Source: a virus
Taxonomy: Duplodnaviria; Heunggongvirae; Uroviricota; Caudoviricetes
IMG/VR virus record: IMGVR_UViG_3300012016_000001
Span: 1-64,000 of that record
Length of the DNA stretch: 64,000 nt
Reading direction: 5' to 3' (one strand)
The notes under the pieces are model-generated. The model did no database searches. It had not been told where the DNA came from and was given only the letters and a program-made list of their open reading frames with translations. Position numbers and translations under genes: made by a program. This document shows, piece after piece, positions 25,535 to 35,348 of this stretch (its first letter is position 1; every line of letters starts with the position of its first letter).

Positions 25535-26152
25535 TTGAATAAATATAACTTAAACATTGATGAGGAGATAGCTATGCTAGAGAAGTATCAGCTAACTCCT
25601 AATGAACTTTTTGTAGTTAGATTGATACTGGTTACCAAAGAAGGTTATCCAGAAAATTATCTCTTTAAGTTTCTTCAAATTAATGATTGTAAGGAAGGTT
25701 TTAGACCAACTTTAGTATCTCTTCAGAACAAAGGAGTAATTCTAAAGAGTTATAAGATTCCTGATAAAGGACAATCTTTTGACCCAGCTGCTATACCTTT
25801 TAGTAAGAACTTTGAAACTGCTTTATATAGGTCAGCTTTTGATATGGGTCAAGAACTCTACGAAGCATATCCAATGTTTGCAGAGATACAAGGTGCTACA
25901 GTTTCTATAAGAGGAATATCTAAAAAGTTTAATACTCTTGAAGATGCTTTTCGTTATTATGGAAAACAAATTAGATGGAATCAAGATACGCACAAGCATA
26001 TTCTTGAACTTCTAGATTGGGCACAAAACAATACTTCTTTCATTAACTTCTCTCTTGCTACATTTTTAGTAGATAGGAAATGGGAAGAGATAGAAGCTTT
26101 GAAGAATGGAGATATTACCAATGTAAACTATAACTCTATGCGCTCCATATGA
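25535..26152 (+). CDS. hypothetical protein
   Basis: 205-aa ORF. Its stop overlaps the helicase exon-1 start (ATGA). Confidence 0.5.
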   Translation: MNKYNLNIDEEIAMLEKYQLTPNELFVVRLILVTKEGYPENYLFKFLQINDCKEGFRPTLVSLQNKGVILKSYKIPDKGQSFDPAAIPFSKNFETALYRSAFDMGQELYEAYPMFAEIQGATVSIRGISKKFNTLEDAFRYYGKQIRWNQDTHKHILELLDWAQNNTSFINFSLATFLVDRKWEEIEALKNGDITNVNYNSMRSI

Positions 26153-26307
26153 TTACCGAATCAGTATTGGAGTTGATTAAAAGAGGACGTGAAGGGCATA
26201 ACCAAGGTATATCTATAGGTATGCCTAAGTTAGAAAGCATAATAGATGGACTTACTAGGTCTACCTATTATCTACTCTTTGGAGGCACTGGTAGTGGTAA
26301 ACGTTAA
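26149..26307 (+). CDS. DnaB-family helicase, exon 1 (N-terminal part through Walker A GGTGSGK; in-frame stop follows if unspliced; splice model ends at 26298)
   Basis: MPKLESIIDGLTRSTYYLLFGGTGSGK matches the DnaB C-terminal-domain H1/Walker A region, which is normally followed by T-[A/T]-F-A-L. That continuation is found at 27552. Confidence 0.6.
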   Translation: MITESVLELIKRGREGHNQGISIGMPKLESIIDGLTRSTYYLLFGGTGSGKR

Positions 26308-27551
26308 AATTTCTTAAGGACTGGTTTTGATGATTCATATTTTCTATATTAGTTATAATAAAATTATAACAATATGGAAATTAATGAAAAAATTGAAACT
26401 GGAGTCAAAATGTACCTGAATGGTGATGGCACATTAACACAATTACAGAGTATACTTGGAATTAGTAAAGATTTAATAGTAGCTAGATTAAAGGAATTAG
26501 GATATACAATTAAAAGAGGCTATAAACTATCTACAGTAATAGGGTTAAAGGCTGCTACTGAAGAATATTTAGCTAATTATAATAATAATCCTAGTTTGAC
26601 TCAAATAGCTGCTAAACATGGAATAAAAAGACAAACTCTTTCTTCACACGTTAAAGAATTAGGTTATGAAGTTATTAATCATCAAGATAGATTGAAATTT
26701 GATAACACTATATTTGATAGCATTGATACAGAAGAAAAGGCTTATTGGTTAGGATTTATATTTGCAGATGGATATGTAAGTGATAATAATGATTTTGAAG
26801 TATCTTTAAGTATTAAAGATTTTACTCACTTAAATTTATTGCATTTATTTATGAAGACTGAAAAGCCTGTCGGATTTAATGAGACTAGATGTAGACTATG
26901 TGTGAGAGATACTCACTTAGTAAATACTCTTAAGTCTTATGGTTGTATACCAAGAAAATCCTTAGTCTTAGAATTTCCAGAAGAAAAAATCTTTAAAGAT
27001 ATTAAACTTATAAGACATTTTATAAGAGGATTTGTTGATGGGGATGGATGCATTACTTACATCAATAAGGAACATACAAAGCCTCAACTCTCTATTTTAG
27101 GAACAGAGCAATTTCTAAATAAACTTCAGGAGTATTTACCTATTGATTTTATACATCAATTAGGATATAATAATAAATCTAAGAGTTTAGTAACTAGAGT
27201 TTTATCCTTTAATGGAAGTACTGCTTACAATGTTTGTAAGTTTCTATATCAAAATTCTAAAGTGTACCTAGATAGAAAATATGAGAAATTTTTAGAAATT
27301 TGCCGTTCAGAGGAGGAATCTTCTGAATTATTACTGGGCAAAAACGGTGAAGGCTGTGATGCTCCCGCCGTGGTAAATTCAGAAATTGCGAAAGGTTCTG
27401 AATCACCGTACAGCGTAGAGAGTGAATAAATATAATCTCTCCAAGAGTGCCTGGCACCCCAACTGAAATAAGTGGGTGAAAACGTACGCGGGACTTAAGC
27501 AAATAAGAAGCTTAAGAAACTAAGATAAAAAGCTTAGTGGTAACAAAATCG
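26299..27551 (+). mobile_element. putative group I intron (1253 nt) carrying a LAGLIDADG homing endonuclease gene, inserted in the helicase Walker A codons
   Basis: The upstream exon ends in T (26298) and the intervening sequence ends in G (27551). Joining GGT-AGT-GGT | AAG-ACT-ACC restores GSGKTT. The endonuclease ORF is flanked by about 75 nt and about 120 nt of non-coding sequence. Confidence 0.55.
26374..27429 (+). CDS. LAGLIDADG homing endonuclease (double-motif) with N-terminal HTH repeats
   Basis: Two LAGLIDADG motifs: LGFIFADGYVS and IRGFVDGDGCI. It has its own start and is flanked by split helicase exons. Confidence 0.85.
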   Translation: MEINEKIETGVKMYLNGDGTLTQLQSILGISKDLIVARLKELGYTIKRGYKLSTVIGLKAATEEYLANYNNNPSLTQIAAKHGIKRQTLSSHVKELGYEVINHQDRLKFDNTIFDSIDTEEKAYWLGFIFADGYVSDNNDFEVSLSIKDFTHLNLLHLFMKTEKPVGFNETRCRLCVRDTHLVNTLKSYGCIPRKSLVLEFPEEKIFKDIKLIRHFIRGFVDGDGCITYINKEHTKPQLSILGTEQFLNKLQEYLPIDFIHQLGYNNKSKSLVTRVLSFNGSTAYNVCKFLYQNSKVYLDRKYEKFLEICRSEEESSELLLGKNGEGCDAPAVVNSEIAKGSESPYSVESE

Positions 27552-28490
27552 AAGACTACCTTTGCCTTATATTCCTTTATATATAGGCCTTTAGTCGAAA
27601 ATTTAGACAATGACGACTTTCGAGTCATATACTATTCATTAGAGATGTCTGCTGATATGTTGTTCTTAAAACTATTATGCATGCATATATGGGATGAATA
27701 TCATATTGAAGTATCTCCTAAAGAATTAATGTCTAGAAAGAAAAACTATATTCTTGATGAAGACCTATATAAAATAGTGCTAGAATGTCAACCTTGGCTA
27801 ACTAAAGTAGAACAGAAAATTACTGTCTATGATAGAGCATTAAATGCACAAGTTCTCTATGCTAATTTACATAGTGAATTAGAAAAAGAAGGAGAATTTA
27901 TCAATACTGATAAGCGTATCCTTTTTAAAGCAAAGAATCCAGATAAAATCATTCTTGTATGTATGGACCATATTGGTCTAGTTCGTCCAGGACAAGGATC
28001 TACTCTTAAAAATGAGATAGATTTATGTAGTAAGTATCTCTTAACCTTTAGAAACATATGTGGTATTAGTCCACTTGTTCTAATGCAAATCAATAGAGAT
28101 TCTACTTCTACTGATAGACGAAAACTAGATATGATTGACCTCAAGTTGAGTGATATCAAAGATAGTGGTAATCCATCTCAGGATGCTGAAGTTATTCTAG
28201 GTATTCTTTCTCCACATAGAGAGCAACTAAATAAGTACAGAAAATATGATATTACTCAACTAGAGGACAAGTTTAGAAGTATTTCTATTCTTAAATCTAG
28301 GTATGGTGAATCTGAAATACAAATTGGAAGTGCATTTTATGGTAAGGCTGGATTATTTAAGGAATTACCAAAGGGTGAGCAGATAACTTGTTATGACCCT
28401 TATATGGACGTTAGTTATATGTTGTCAGATGAAATTACACAAAATGAAAGAATAGATGAAAACGTAGTCAATTTTAATTTTACGATGTAA
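27552..28490 (+). CDS. DnaB-family helicase, exon 2
   Basis: KTTFALYSFIY ... YYSLEMSADML (DnaB H1a SLEMS motif), followed by Walker B-like and arginine-finger regions. The track ORF begins at a GTG at 27537, five codons into the putative intron. Confidence 0.7.
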   Translation, partial: KTTFALYSFIYRPLVENLDNDDFRVIYYSLEMSADMLFLKLLCMHIWDEYHIEVSPKELMSRKKNYILDEDLYKIVLECQPWLTKVEQKITVYDRALNAQVLYANLHSELEKEGEFINTDKRILFKAKNPDKIILVCMDHIGLVRPGQGSTLKNEIDLCSKYLLTFRNICGISPLVLMQINRDSTSTDRRKLDMIDLKLSDIKDSGNPSQDAEVILGILSPHREQLNKYRKYDITQLEDKFRSISILKSRYGESEIQIGSAFYGKAGLFKELPKGEQITCYDPYMDVSYMLSDEITQNERIDENVVNFNFTM

Positions 28491-29189
28491 ATGGCTGAAT
28501 TAATCGCTATTGTTGGTGAATCTGGAAGTGGTAAGACCACTTCAATTAGAAATTTAAATCCAGAAGAGACATTTATTATTTCTACTACAGGTAAAAGACC
28601 TGGTATTAAAGGTGCTAAGAAAAAGTATCCAGATTTTAAGGTAGATAAAGAAACTAAGCAAATGAGTGGCAACTTTTATACTTCTTCAAACATCGACTCT
28701 ATAAAGCAGATGATGAAGATAGTTAATTTAAGAATGCCTAATGTTAAAGTTCTTATTATAGATGATTTTCAGTATTTGCAAGCGTTTGAGGCAATGGCTC
28801 GTGTAGACGAGAAAGGCTATGGTAAGTTTACTGACATGGCTAAACATGCTTATGAAGCGCTTAAGACTGGTATGGATATGAGAGATGACTTGTTCATTGT
28901 AGTATCCACTCATAGTGAAAATACTGGAGATAATCTAAATCCTTACTATAAGATTAAGACACAGGGCAAGATGTTGGATTCTGTGATTACTCTTGAGGGT
29001 CTTTTTACTTATGTATTCTTTACTAGAGTAGTTAATGATGATTCTGCTGGAGTTCAGTATAAATTTCTAACTAACTCAGATGGAACCTGCACAGCTAAAT
29101 CCCCGATGGGACTATTTGAAGATCTACTTATTGACAATGATTTAGATTATGTTATTAAGAAAATCACTGAATATAACGAAGGAGAATGA
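28491..29189 (+). CDS. Sak4-like / AAA_24 family recombination ATPase
   Basis: N-terminal Walker A IAIVGESGSGKTT and Walker B-like LIIDDFQ. The size and layout are typical of phage Sak4 ATPases. Confidence 0.65.
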   Translation: MAELIAIVGESGSGKTTSIRNLNPEETFIISTTGKRPGIKGAKKKYPDFKVDKETKQMSGNFYTSSNIDSIKQMMKIVNLRMPNVKVLIIDDFQYLQAFEAMARVDEKGYGKFTDMAKHAYEALKTGMDMRDDLFIVVSTHSENTGDNLNPYYKIKTQGKMLDSVITLEGLFTYVFFTRVVNDDSAGVQYKFLTNSDGTCTAKSPMGLFEDLLIDNDLDYVIKKITEYNEGE

Positions 29190-29773
29190 TTCAGACATTC
29201 AAGGTGCTCTTTACATATGAGCAAGACGATGAGACCGGTGAAGTGAAGGTAGTAAATAGAGAGGTTGTCAATGACGACCTTCCTAAGGCTAAGAAGACAA
29301 GTAGTAAAACTACTAAGAAAACAGATGAAGACCCAGAACCAAAGGTTACTCTTGAAGATAATAAATATAGTCTGAATGCTGCTGCACTTACTTTGTTAGG
29401 TGTAGAAGCTGATGATCGTATTGATATTAAATTCGAAAAGAGAGAAAAGGGCAGAGTTCCTGTAATAGGGAATAATGTTTACTTTGGAACCCAGGGAGGT
29501 AATAGATTAACTAAATCTGGAACTGTAAGTTATAGAGGTAAAAATCATGACTTGCTAGAAGAATATGGCACAGTATTCACTCTCAAGGCAACTGATAAAG
29601 AAGGTATCTTTGAGATGATTGGTGACAAACCTATTCCAGAAGAAAAGAAAGATGAAAATGTTAAGATTGAAGATGAAGAGGTAGAGGAAATCGGAAGACC
29701 AGAAGATTTAATCGGACTGGTTGATGGTGATGCTACTGAAGCAAATGCAGAAGATCTTGATTTCAATTTCTAA
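29186..29773 (+). CDS. hypothetical acidic protein
   Basis: 195-aa ORF with a highly acidic C-terminus (EDEEVEEIGRPEDL...DLDFNF). Confidence 0.45.
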   Translation: MIQTFKVLFTYEQDDETGEVKVVNREVVNDDLPKAKKTSSKTTKKTDEDPEPKVTLEDNKYSLNAAALTLLGVEADDRIDIKFEKREKGRVPVIGNNVYFGTQGGNRLTKSGTVSYRGKNHDLLEEYGTVFTLKATDKEGIFEMIGDKPIPEEKKDENVKIEDEEVEEIGRPEDLIGLVDGDATEANAEDLDFNF

Positions 29774-29791
29774 TTCAAATTTGGTTAAATT

Positions 29792-30523
29792 ATGGCAAAT
29801 GGATTTGTTTTTGGTCCGATAGACAAAGTACAAGCAACAGCTGGTGGTAATCGTCGTTTACGTCCTTGGGATACATATGAAGTTAAGTTTGTAGATGTAA
29901 AGTATGATACTATTAAAGGTAAGAAAGATGAGACTAAGACCTATGAAATGCTGATAGTAAGGTTTGAAAGTGAAGATGGTTACTATGAAGAGCGTATCTT
30001 CAATCCTGGAGAAAAGGGAAATGAAAGATTTGAGAACACGAATAAGGAAGGTCATAAGTACTATTCCGCATCTCCAATGGAGAGACTTCGTATTTTCATT
30101 GCTCAGATGTTGACCGTCCTCAATCCTGATGGAATGAAAAAGATGGTAAAGTTAGCTCCGAAAATCGGCAGCTTTAAGCAATTATGTGAAGTATTTGCTA
30201 AGCTGATGGAGCCAGCTAAGGGTAAAACCACACATCTAAAGTTGGTGGGTCGTACCAATTCTCAGACCAATCGGGTAGAACCTTGTCTTCCAAAATTTGC
30301 TGGTGTCAGCAAGAATGGAGACTTGTTTACTGCAGATAACTTTATAGGAGATAAACTTTTCTTCTCTCCGTATGAGGAAGAGCAGAAGCAGAAGTATTTA
30401 GCTGCTAAGCCTACCAATATGGATGCTGTAGAACCTCCGGTGGAAGCAAGTGTTGACGAACTACCTGCAACAGAAGCTCCCAAAGAGGAAATAGACGACT
30501 TTGAAGGTCTACTAAACAATTGA
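29792..30523 (+). CDS. putative ssDNA-binding / annealing protein
   Basis: Sits within the replication-recombination block directly after the Sak4-like ATPase. The acidic C-terminal tail EEIDDFEGLLNN resembles SSB tails. Weak evidence. Confidence 0.3.
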   Translation: MANGFVFGPIDKVQATAGGNRRLRPWDTYEVKFVDVKYDTIKGKKDETKTYEMLIVRFESEDGYYEERIFNPGEKGNERFENTNKEGHKYYSASPMERLRIFIAQMLTVLNPDGMKKMVKLAPKIGSFKQLCEVFAKLMEPAKGKTTHLKLVGRTNSQTNRVEPCLPKFAGVSKNGDLFTADNFIGDKLFFSPYEEEQKQKYLAAKPTNMDAVEPPVEASVDELPATEAPKEEIDDFEGLLNN

Positions 30524-30534
30524 TTACGTTTCCT

Positions 30535-30563
30535 GCAGAGGGCCTAGTGCCCTCTGCTTTTAT
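30535..30563 (+). terminator. rho-independent terminator (GCAGAGGGC-CTAGT-GCCCTCTGC followed by TTTTAT)
   Basis: Perfect 9-bp GC-rich stem followed by a T-run after the 29792-30523 gene. Confidence 0.7.
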
Positions 30564-30605
30564 ATTAAAGAAAAAAGTCTTATATTTGGGTGTCAATAAG
30601 AATTT

Positions 30606-31631
30606 ATGAGTATGGATTTTAGTTTTTATCTTGAACCTAAAATTACTAAAGACTTTCTTCTTTCTTATAATAAAGAAGAAGTTTACATGTCCTTCTACTT
30701 AGGTATTCCTATTAAAAAGGGATTATTTTGTTCTCCGTTAAGAAAGGATAATACTCCAACTTGTTCTTTCTATAGGAATAAACAAGGTGATTTAATCTTT
30801 AAGGATTTTAATGGTTCTTTTTATGGTAACTTTATTTCAGTAGTAATGTACAAGTACAGCATTGGTTATAATGAGGCTTTAAGAACTATAGCCAATGATT
30901 TTAGCCTTATACATACTCCTGGATATGTAAAGCATAAGGGAATTGTTCGTGATAATATTCCGACTTTTGAAACTCCAGAAACTGCACTCATTCAAGTAGA
31001 AATACAAGAATTTCTTGATTCTGAACTTGAGTGGTGGGCAAGTTATGGAATTACTTCTAAGTTGTTGAAGAAGTATCATGTATACTCTTGTAAGAATATC
31101 TTTTTAAATGGGAATTACTTTATGGCCTCAACCAAATCATGTCCTGCGTATGGTTATTATGGAGGCAAAGAAGACAATGTAGAACTTTGGAGAATATACT
31201 TTCCAAAGAAAAAACAGTATAGATTCCTCACTAATTGGAAAGCTAAACAAGTACAAGGTTATCAGCAATTACCTAAAGAAGGAAAGTTATTAGTAATTAC
31301 AAAATCAATGAAAGATGTAATGTGTCTTGCAGGACTAGGCATTAAAGCTATTGCCCCAAATAGTGAAAATTTATTTATACCAGATAAAATGTTAGAAGAA
31401 TTAAAACAGCGTTTTTCATATATAGCCGTACTATATGATAACGATCTTCCAGGCATTAGTAATATGAATAAGATTAAAAAACAACACCCTGAACTTAAAT
31501 ATCTATGGATTCCTCGTAAGTATGGGGCTAAAGATATTTCTGATTTTAGAAAGAAGTACGGTGAGAAAGTTACTAAACAATTTATTAAAGAAACTATTAT
31601 TAAGGTATGGAAGAGCTCTTTGAAACTGTAG
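30606..31631 (+). CDS. DNA primase (DnaG-like, TOPRIM domain)
   Basis: Zn-binding-like N-terminus CSPLRKDNTPTCSF. TOPRIM region LLVITKSMKDVMCLAGLGIKAIAP ... YIAVLYDNDLPG (DxD). Confidence 0.7.
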   Translation: MSMDFSFYLEPKITKDFLLSYNKEEVYMSFYLGIPIKKGLFCSPLRKDNTPTCSFYRNKQGDLIFKDFNGSFYGNFISVVMYKYSIGYNEALRTIANDFSLIHTPGYVKHKGIVRDNIPTFETPETALIQVEIQEFLDSELEWWASYGITSKLLKKYHVYSCKNIFLNGNYFMASTKSCPAYGYYGGKEDNVELWRIYFPKKKQYRFLTNWKAKQVQGYQQLPKEGKLLVITKSMKDVMCLAGLGIKAIAPNSENLFIPDKMLEELKQRFSYIAVLYDNDLPGISNMNKIKKQHPELKYLWIPRKYGAKDISDFRKKYGEKVTKQFIKETIIKVWKSSLKL

Positions 31632-31849
31632 AGTTAATGAATAGTTCTAGCTATAAAGACAGATTTATAGCTGAATACTGGCAGAATAAGATAAGGTATG
31701 ATAAATTGCAGAATATGGTAAATAATTGGGACAGCTTAAAGTTTAAGCCTACGTGTCCGTTATCTATTTATCTATTGCAGTTAGAATATATGGAAAAGTA
31801 TATTGCTATACTTGAAATGAGAGCAGTTGCAGAAGGCATTGTATTATGA
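31607..31849 (+). CDS. hypothetical small protein
   Basis: 80-aa ORF. Confidence 0.35.
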   Translation: MEELFETVELMNSSSYKDRFIAEYWQNKIRYDKLQNMVNNWDSLKFKPTCPLSIYLLQLEYMEKYIAILEMRAVAEGIVL

Positions 31850-31860
31850 AAAAGTAGGAA

Positions 31861-32397
31861 ATGAATACTTCCTGTAGAGCTACATTTAAAAATGGCACTA
31901 CTAAAGACTTCGCTTCCATTGAAGAAGCGGCACAGGAAACAGGACTCACTGTTGCGTCAATCAAAATCAGATGTAACAAACCTGGATGTGGAGGAAAAGA
32001 CAAAACCACATTCGAATGGTTAGATGAACACACTAAACGTTCCTATCAAGCAAAGAAATCTAGAAGTAAAGGAGCTTCTTGGGAACGTGAAGTTATAAAT
32101 AGGTTAAAAGAAATAGGATTTACTGGTTGTGTAACCTCCAGAGGAGAATCTAAAAAGGTTGATAATAACAAAATTGACATAATAGATACTGAAGGAAAGT
32201 TACCAATTAATATACAATGTAAACAGTATCAAAATACTCCTTCTTATTTTACTATAAGAGATGCTTGTACTGATAAGTCAAAACCTTTTGTAGTCATGTG
32301 GAAGAAATCACCTGAAGGTGGTGAAAATAGTAAAGGAGCTATTGCTATGGTAGATGCAGATTATTTCTATTATCTTTTATCCCTAACAAATAAATGA
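31861..32397 (+). CDS. Hjc-like Holliday-junction resolvase (PD-(D/E)xK nuclease)
   Basis: KGASWEREVINRLKEIGF ... SRGESKKVD ... IDIID ... IQCKQ matches the archaeal Hjc-type catalytic core (E ... D ... E/QxK). Confidence 0.5.
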   Translation: MNTSCRATFKNGTTKDFASIEEAAQETGLTVASIKIRCNKPGCGGKDKTTFEWLDEHTKRSYQAKKSRSKGASWEREVINRLKEIGFTGCVTSRGESKKVDNNKIDIIDTEGKLPINIQCKQYQNTPSYFTIRDACTDKSKPFVVMWKKSPEGGENSKGAIAMVDADYFYYLLSLTNK

Positions 32398-32609
32398 GTA
32401 ACTATGTTTATGCTGTAGCTTATGACGATAACGTCATGAGAAGTATCTCTGCAAGTTCTATAAGAAATGCAGAAGACAAAATTATAGATAGGTTTAGAGA
32501 CGATTACGAGATTGAAAAAGAATTTAATAATTATCGTGAATTTAAGGATTACATGTGGGATAACTATGAAGTATTAGTTTCTAACCCACAAGATATTGAA
32601 GCCCTATGA
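32394..32609 (+). CDS. hypothetical small protein
   Basis: 71-aa ORF. Confidence 0.35.
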   Translation: MSNYVYAVAYDDNVMRSISASSIRNAEDKIIDRFRDDYEIEKEFNNYREFKDYMWDNYEVLVSNPQDIEAL

Positions 32610-33124
32610 GAATTGGATTAGATTTAGATGGAACTATAGATGATTTCATGAATCCTTATTTAAAAAGGTTTGGATATCCTAAAAAGAGTGATTCTGAAAT
32701 AACACATAATGTACAACGTATACTTTCTAAAGATAAGAATTTCTGGTTATCTCTTCCAGTACTTAGGACTATAGATTTTATTCCAGAACTATATTGTACC
32801 AAACGAGTGAATCCAAAACAATGGACTCGTAAATGGTTAATATCTAATGGTTTTCCAAATCGTCCTATATATCAAATGTATTATCAACATGGCAATAAAG
32901 CAACTATGATTAAAGGACGGGTGGATGTATTCGTGGATGATTCTATATCTAACTTTATAAAGTTAAATTTATCTGGAGTTCCATGTCTACTGATAGACCA
33001 GCCTGATAATCAAGAATGGGGGCCTATAGGTAGAATCTTTACCCTTAATAAAGAAGAAATAATAGATGCATACAATTTACTTATAGATACTGGAATGTTC
33101 GATAACTTTAAGAACCTGTTATGA
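32606..33124 (+). CDS. HAD-family 5'(3')-deoxyribonucleotidase-like phosphatase
   Basis: HAD motif I IGLDLDGTIDDF near the N-terminus. Its size is consistent with NT5C-type nucleotidases. Confidence 0.55.
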   Translation: MRIGLDLDGTIDDFMNPYLKRFGYPKKSDSEITHNVQRILSKDKNFWLSLPVLRTIDFIPELYCTKRVNPKQWTRKWLISNGFPNRPIYQMYYQHGNKATMIKGRVDVFVDDSISNFIKLNLSGVPCLLIDQPDNQEWGPIGRIFTLNKEEIIDAYNLLIDTGMFDNFKNLL

Positions 33125-34194
33125 TAGACGTATATAGTGCAGTCAAATTAAAGCCCCTAACTGATTCCATCATTATAAAGGATATTTCTGATGCAGAATA
33201 TTTCTCCAAATCTTATAGCGATTATATCAGTAATTCTAGATTAAAACTTATCAATCCAGATGAAAAAGGCACTCCAAAGAAATTCTTTGAAGGATTAAAT
33301 AATAATAAGATATATTCTGATGCTCTTATATTCGGTAGCGCTGTACATGAACTTACATTACAGCCTACCGAATTTGTTTTATCTGATATAGATAGACCTA
33401 CAGCAAAAGCTGGATTCATGGCTGACTATATATATGACAACTACATAGGACCCTGCGGAGATAATGTGGGAGAAGTAATAGCAGCTCTTGAGGATTCTGT
33501 ATTTATAGAGGCTTCTGATGAAGTTGACTATTATAAAGGAAAAATGAATGAAGATAAGATTAGTGCACTAAGAGAAAAATGTGAACTATATTGGGTTAAT
33601 AGAGCACTTTTTGAAGAAGACTATACGGGCCCAACTCCAATATATCTCCCATCTAAAATGAGAGAGCAGTTAAATTCTGTTCTCGAATCCTTTAATAAAA
33701 ACAAGAGATTTAAAGAATTATTACATCCTACTGGTCTATTAGAAGATCCTATATCTATGAATGAGACCACTATCTTAATGGACATGGAATATACAGTAAC
33801 ACTACCTGAAGGTCAACAGGAAGGAATACTACATCTAAAGTCCAAGTTAGATAATTTTACTATAGACAATGAAAATAACACTATTACTGTAAATGATGTT
33901 AAGACTACTGGAAAGTATATTACTGAGTTTGCTAGTAGTGCTTTTAATTTCTTTCATTATTATAGAGAGTTAGGAATGTATACTTGGTTGCTTAGACATG
34001 CAGCTGCTAAATATTATAACATATTTAACCCTATTATTAAGAGTAATTGCTTAGTAATAGAAACTTTCCCAGGATATTTTACTAAGACTTATGAACTTAC
34101 TAAAATGGACTTGGCAAGAGGTATGCAAGAATTTGGTTGGTTGTTACGTCAAGTAGCTTATTTCAAGGCTAAATATGACTTACAAGGAGCTTGA
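33121..34194 (+). CDS. hypothetical protein
   Basis: 357-aa ORF. Confidence 0.5.
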   Translation: MIDVYSAVKLKPLTDSIIIKDISDAEYFSKSYSDYISNSRLKLINPDEKGTPKKFFEGLNNNKIYSDALIFGSAVHELTLQPTEFVLSDIDRPTAKAGFMADYIYDNYIGPCGDNVGEVIAALEDSVFIEASDEVDYYKGKMNEDKISALREKCELYWVNRALFEEDYTGPTPIYLPSKMREQLNSVLESFNKNKRFKELLHPTGLLEDPISMNETTILMDMEYTVTLPEGQQEGILHLKSKLDNFTIDNENNTITVNDVKTTGKYITEFASSAFNFFHYYRELGMYTWLLRHAAAKYYNIFNPIIKSNCLVIETFPGYFTKTYELTKMDLARGMQEFGWLLRQVAYFKAKYDLQGA

Positions 34195-34501
34195 AGCAAT
34201 TTATAATAAATATTTTAGCTTAGGAAACTTAAATATTAATATAAACAATAAGTTTGCACTTATATCTTTGATATGTTATATAACTACTTCGATGCAAAAA
34301 AAGAAACCTGATGTTACTTATTATCAAGTAGTATATAAGATATGCGATACACTCGGATTTGAGGAAGACTTTATAAAAGGATTAGCAATAATGTGTGAAA
34401 ATTTTGGATATGGTTGTAAAGACTTTCCTACATTCAATATTGCTCCAAAAGATATGGTTCAAACTTGTCGTGACATATTAAAAACTTATATGCCATTTTG
34501 A
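34175..34501 (+). CDS. hypothetical protein
   Basis: 108-aa ORF. Confidence 0.4.
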   Translation: MTYKELEAIYNKYFSLGNLNININNKFALISLICYITTSMQKKKPDVTYYQVVYKICDTLGFEEDFIKGLAIMCENFGYGCKDFPTFNIAPKDMVQTCRDILKTYMPF

Positions 34502-34724
34502 CCGAAAACGAATTGTTAAAAATTGTAAAATTTTGGCAATTCATTTGAGATTAGAACTAGAAGTTAGTAGATTTGTTTCACCAACCTTCGGGAAGGAGAA
34601 AGTTCAAAGATGAACTTAATTTTAGATTAATTAACATTCATTTAGTTGTCCGTTAGGATGAGCAAATGTATATTTGTTTAGATGAAGATGATTAATACGA
34701 ATTAATGTTAAAACTAATTGAATT

Positions 34725-35273
34725 ATGGAAACAAAAGTAATTAATTTCAAGAAACTAGAAGTTACAGGTGCTACAAAAGAAGAGGCTATAGCAAAGGCTC
34801 CATTCCAGATTATAGGTGATGCTACTCAGGCTTTCAAGAATTGGAAGAAGAAACAGACTGATGGTATTACAGATGCAATGATTAAGGCTTTCTGTCTTGA
34901 GTATATCGAGAAGAAGTCTAAGAGTGCCGCTGGTATTGGATATTCGATTACCGTCGAAGCTGCTGTTGCTGACACTCGCGAGCGTCCTTACAAGATCAAT
35001 GATGTCAAGAATGAGAAGGGTAAGAGAAAGTACGTTACTACATATGAGCTTGTTGATGATGTGACAGGTGAGGTAGTAGGTATGACTCAAGAGACAAAGG
35101 CTGTTGCTAAAGAGCAGGCAAAGGAACTTTACAAGAAAGGCTTTAAGCATAATATTACTTGTAAGTACACCAAGCAAGTTCTAGATGGCGAACCCATTGC
35201 ATTCACTGCCGAGTATACTCCCTCAAAGAGTTCTAAGGTAGGTACATATATGGTCTTTGGCGTCGAGGCCTAA
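34725..35273 (+). CDS. hypothetical protein, probably highly expressed
   Basis: 182-aa ORF preceded by a 220-nt AT-rich intergenic region and followed by the strongest terminator in the window. Confidence 0.5.
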   Translation: METKVINFKKLEVTGATKEEAIAKAPFQIIGDATQAFKNWKKKQTDGITDAMIKAFCLEYIEKKSKSAAGIGYSITVEAAVADTRERPYKINDVKNEKGKRKYVTTYELVDDVTGEVVGMTQETKAVAKEQAKELYKKGFKHNITCKYTKQVLDGEPIAFTAEYTPSKSSKVGTYMVFGVEA

Positions 35274-35297
35274 TAACTTCTAACATATAAGTTTTGT

Positions 35298-35338
35298 TGG
35301 GAGTCTGCTTTAACGAGCGGGCTCCCATTTTTTTTTTC
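35298..35338 (+). terminator. rho-independent terminator (TGGGAGTC...GGGCTCCCA stem followed by T9)
   Basis: 8-bp GC-rich stem followed by a run of 9-10 T residues. Confidence 0.75.
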
Positions 35339-35348
35339 TATTCCAACA

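Noticed and set aside
26149-28490. Intein interpretation of the helicase insertion
   Set aside because: There is an in-frame TAA immediately after the Walker A lysine codon. The LAGLIDADG ORF has its own start in a different context and is separated from both exons by non-coding sequence.
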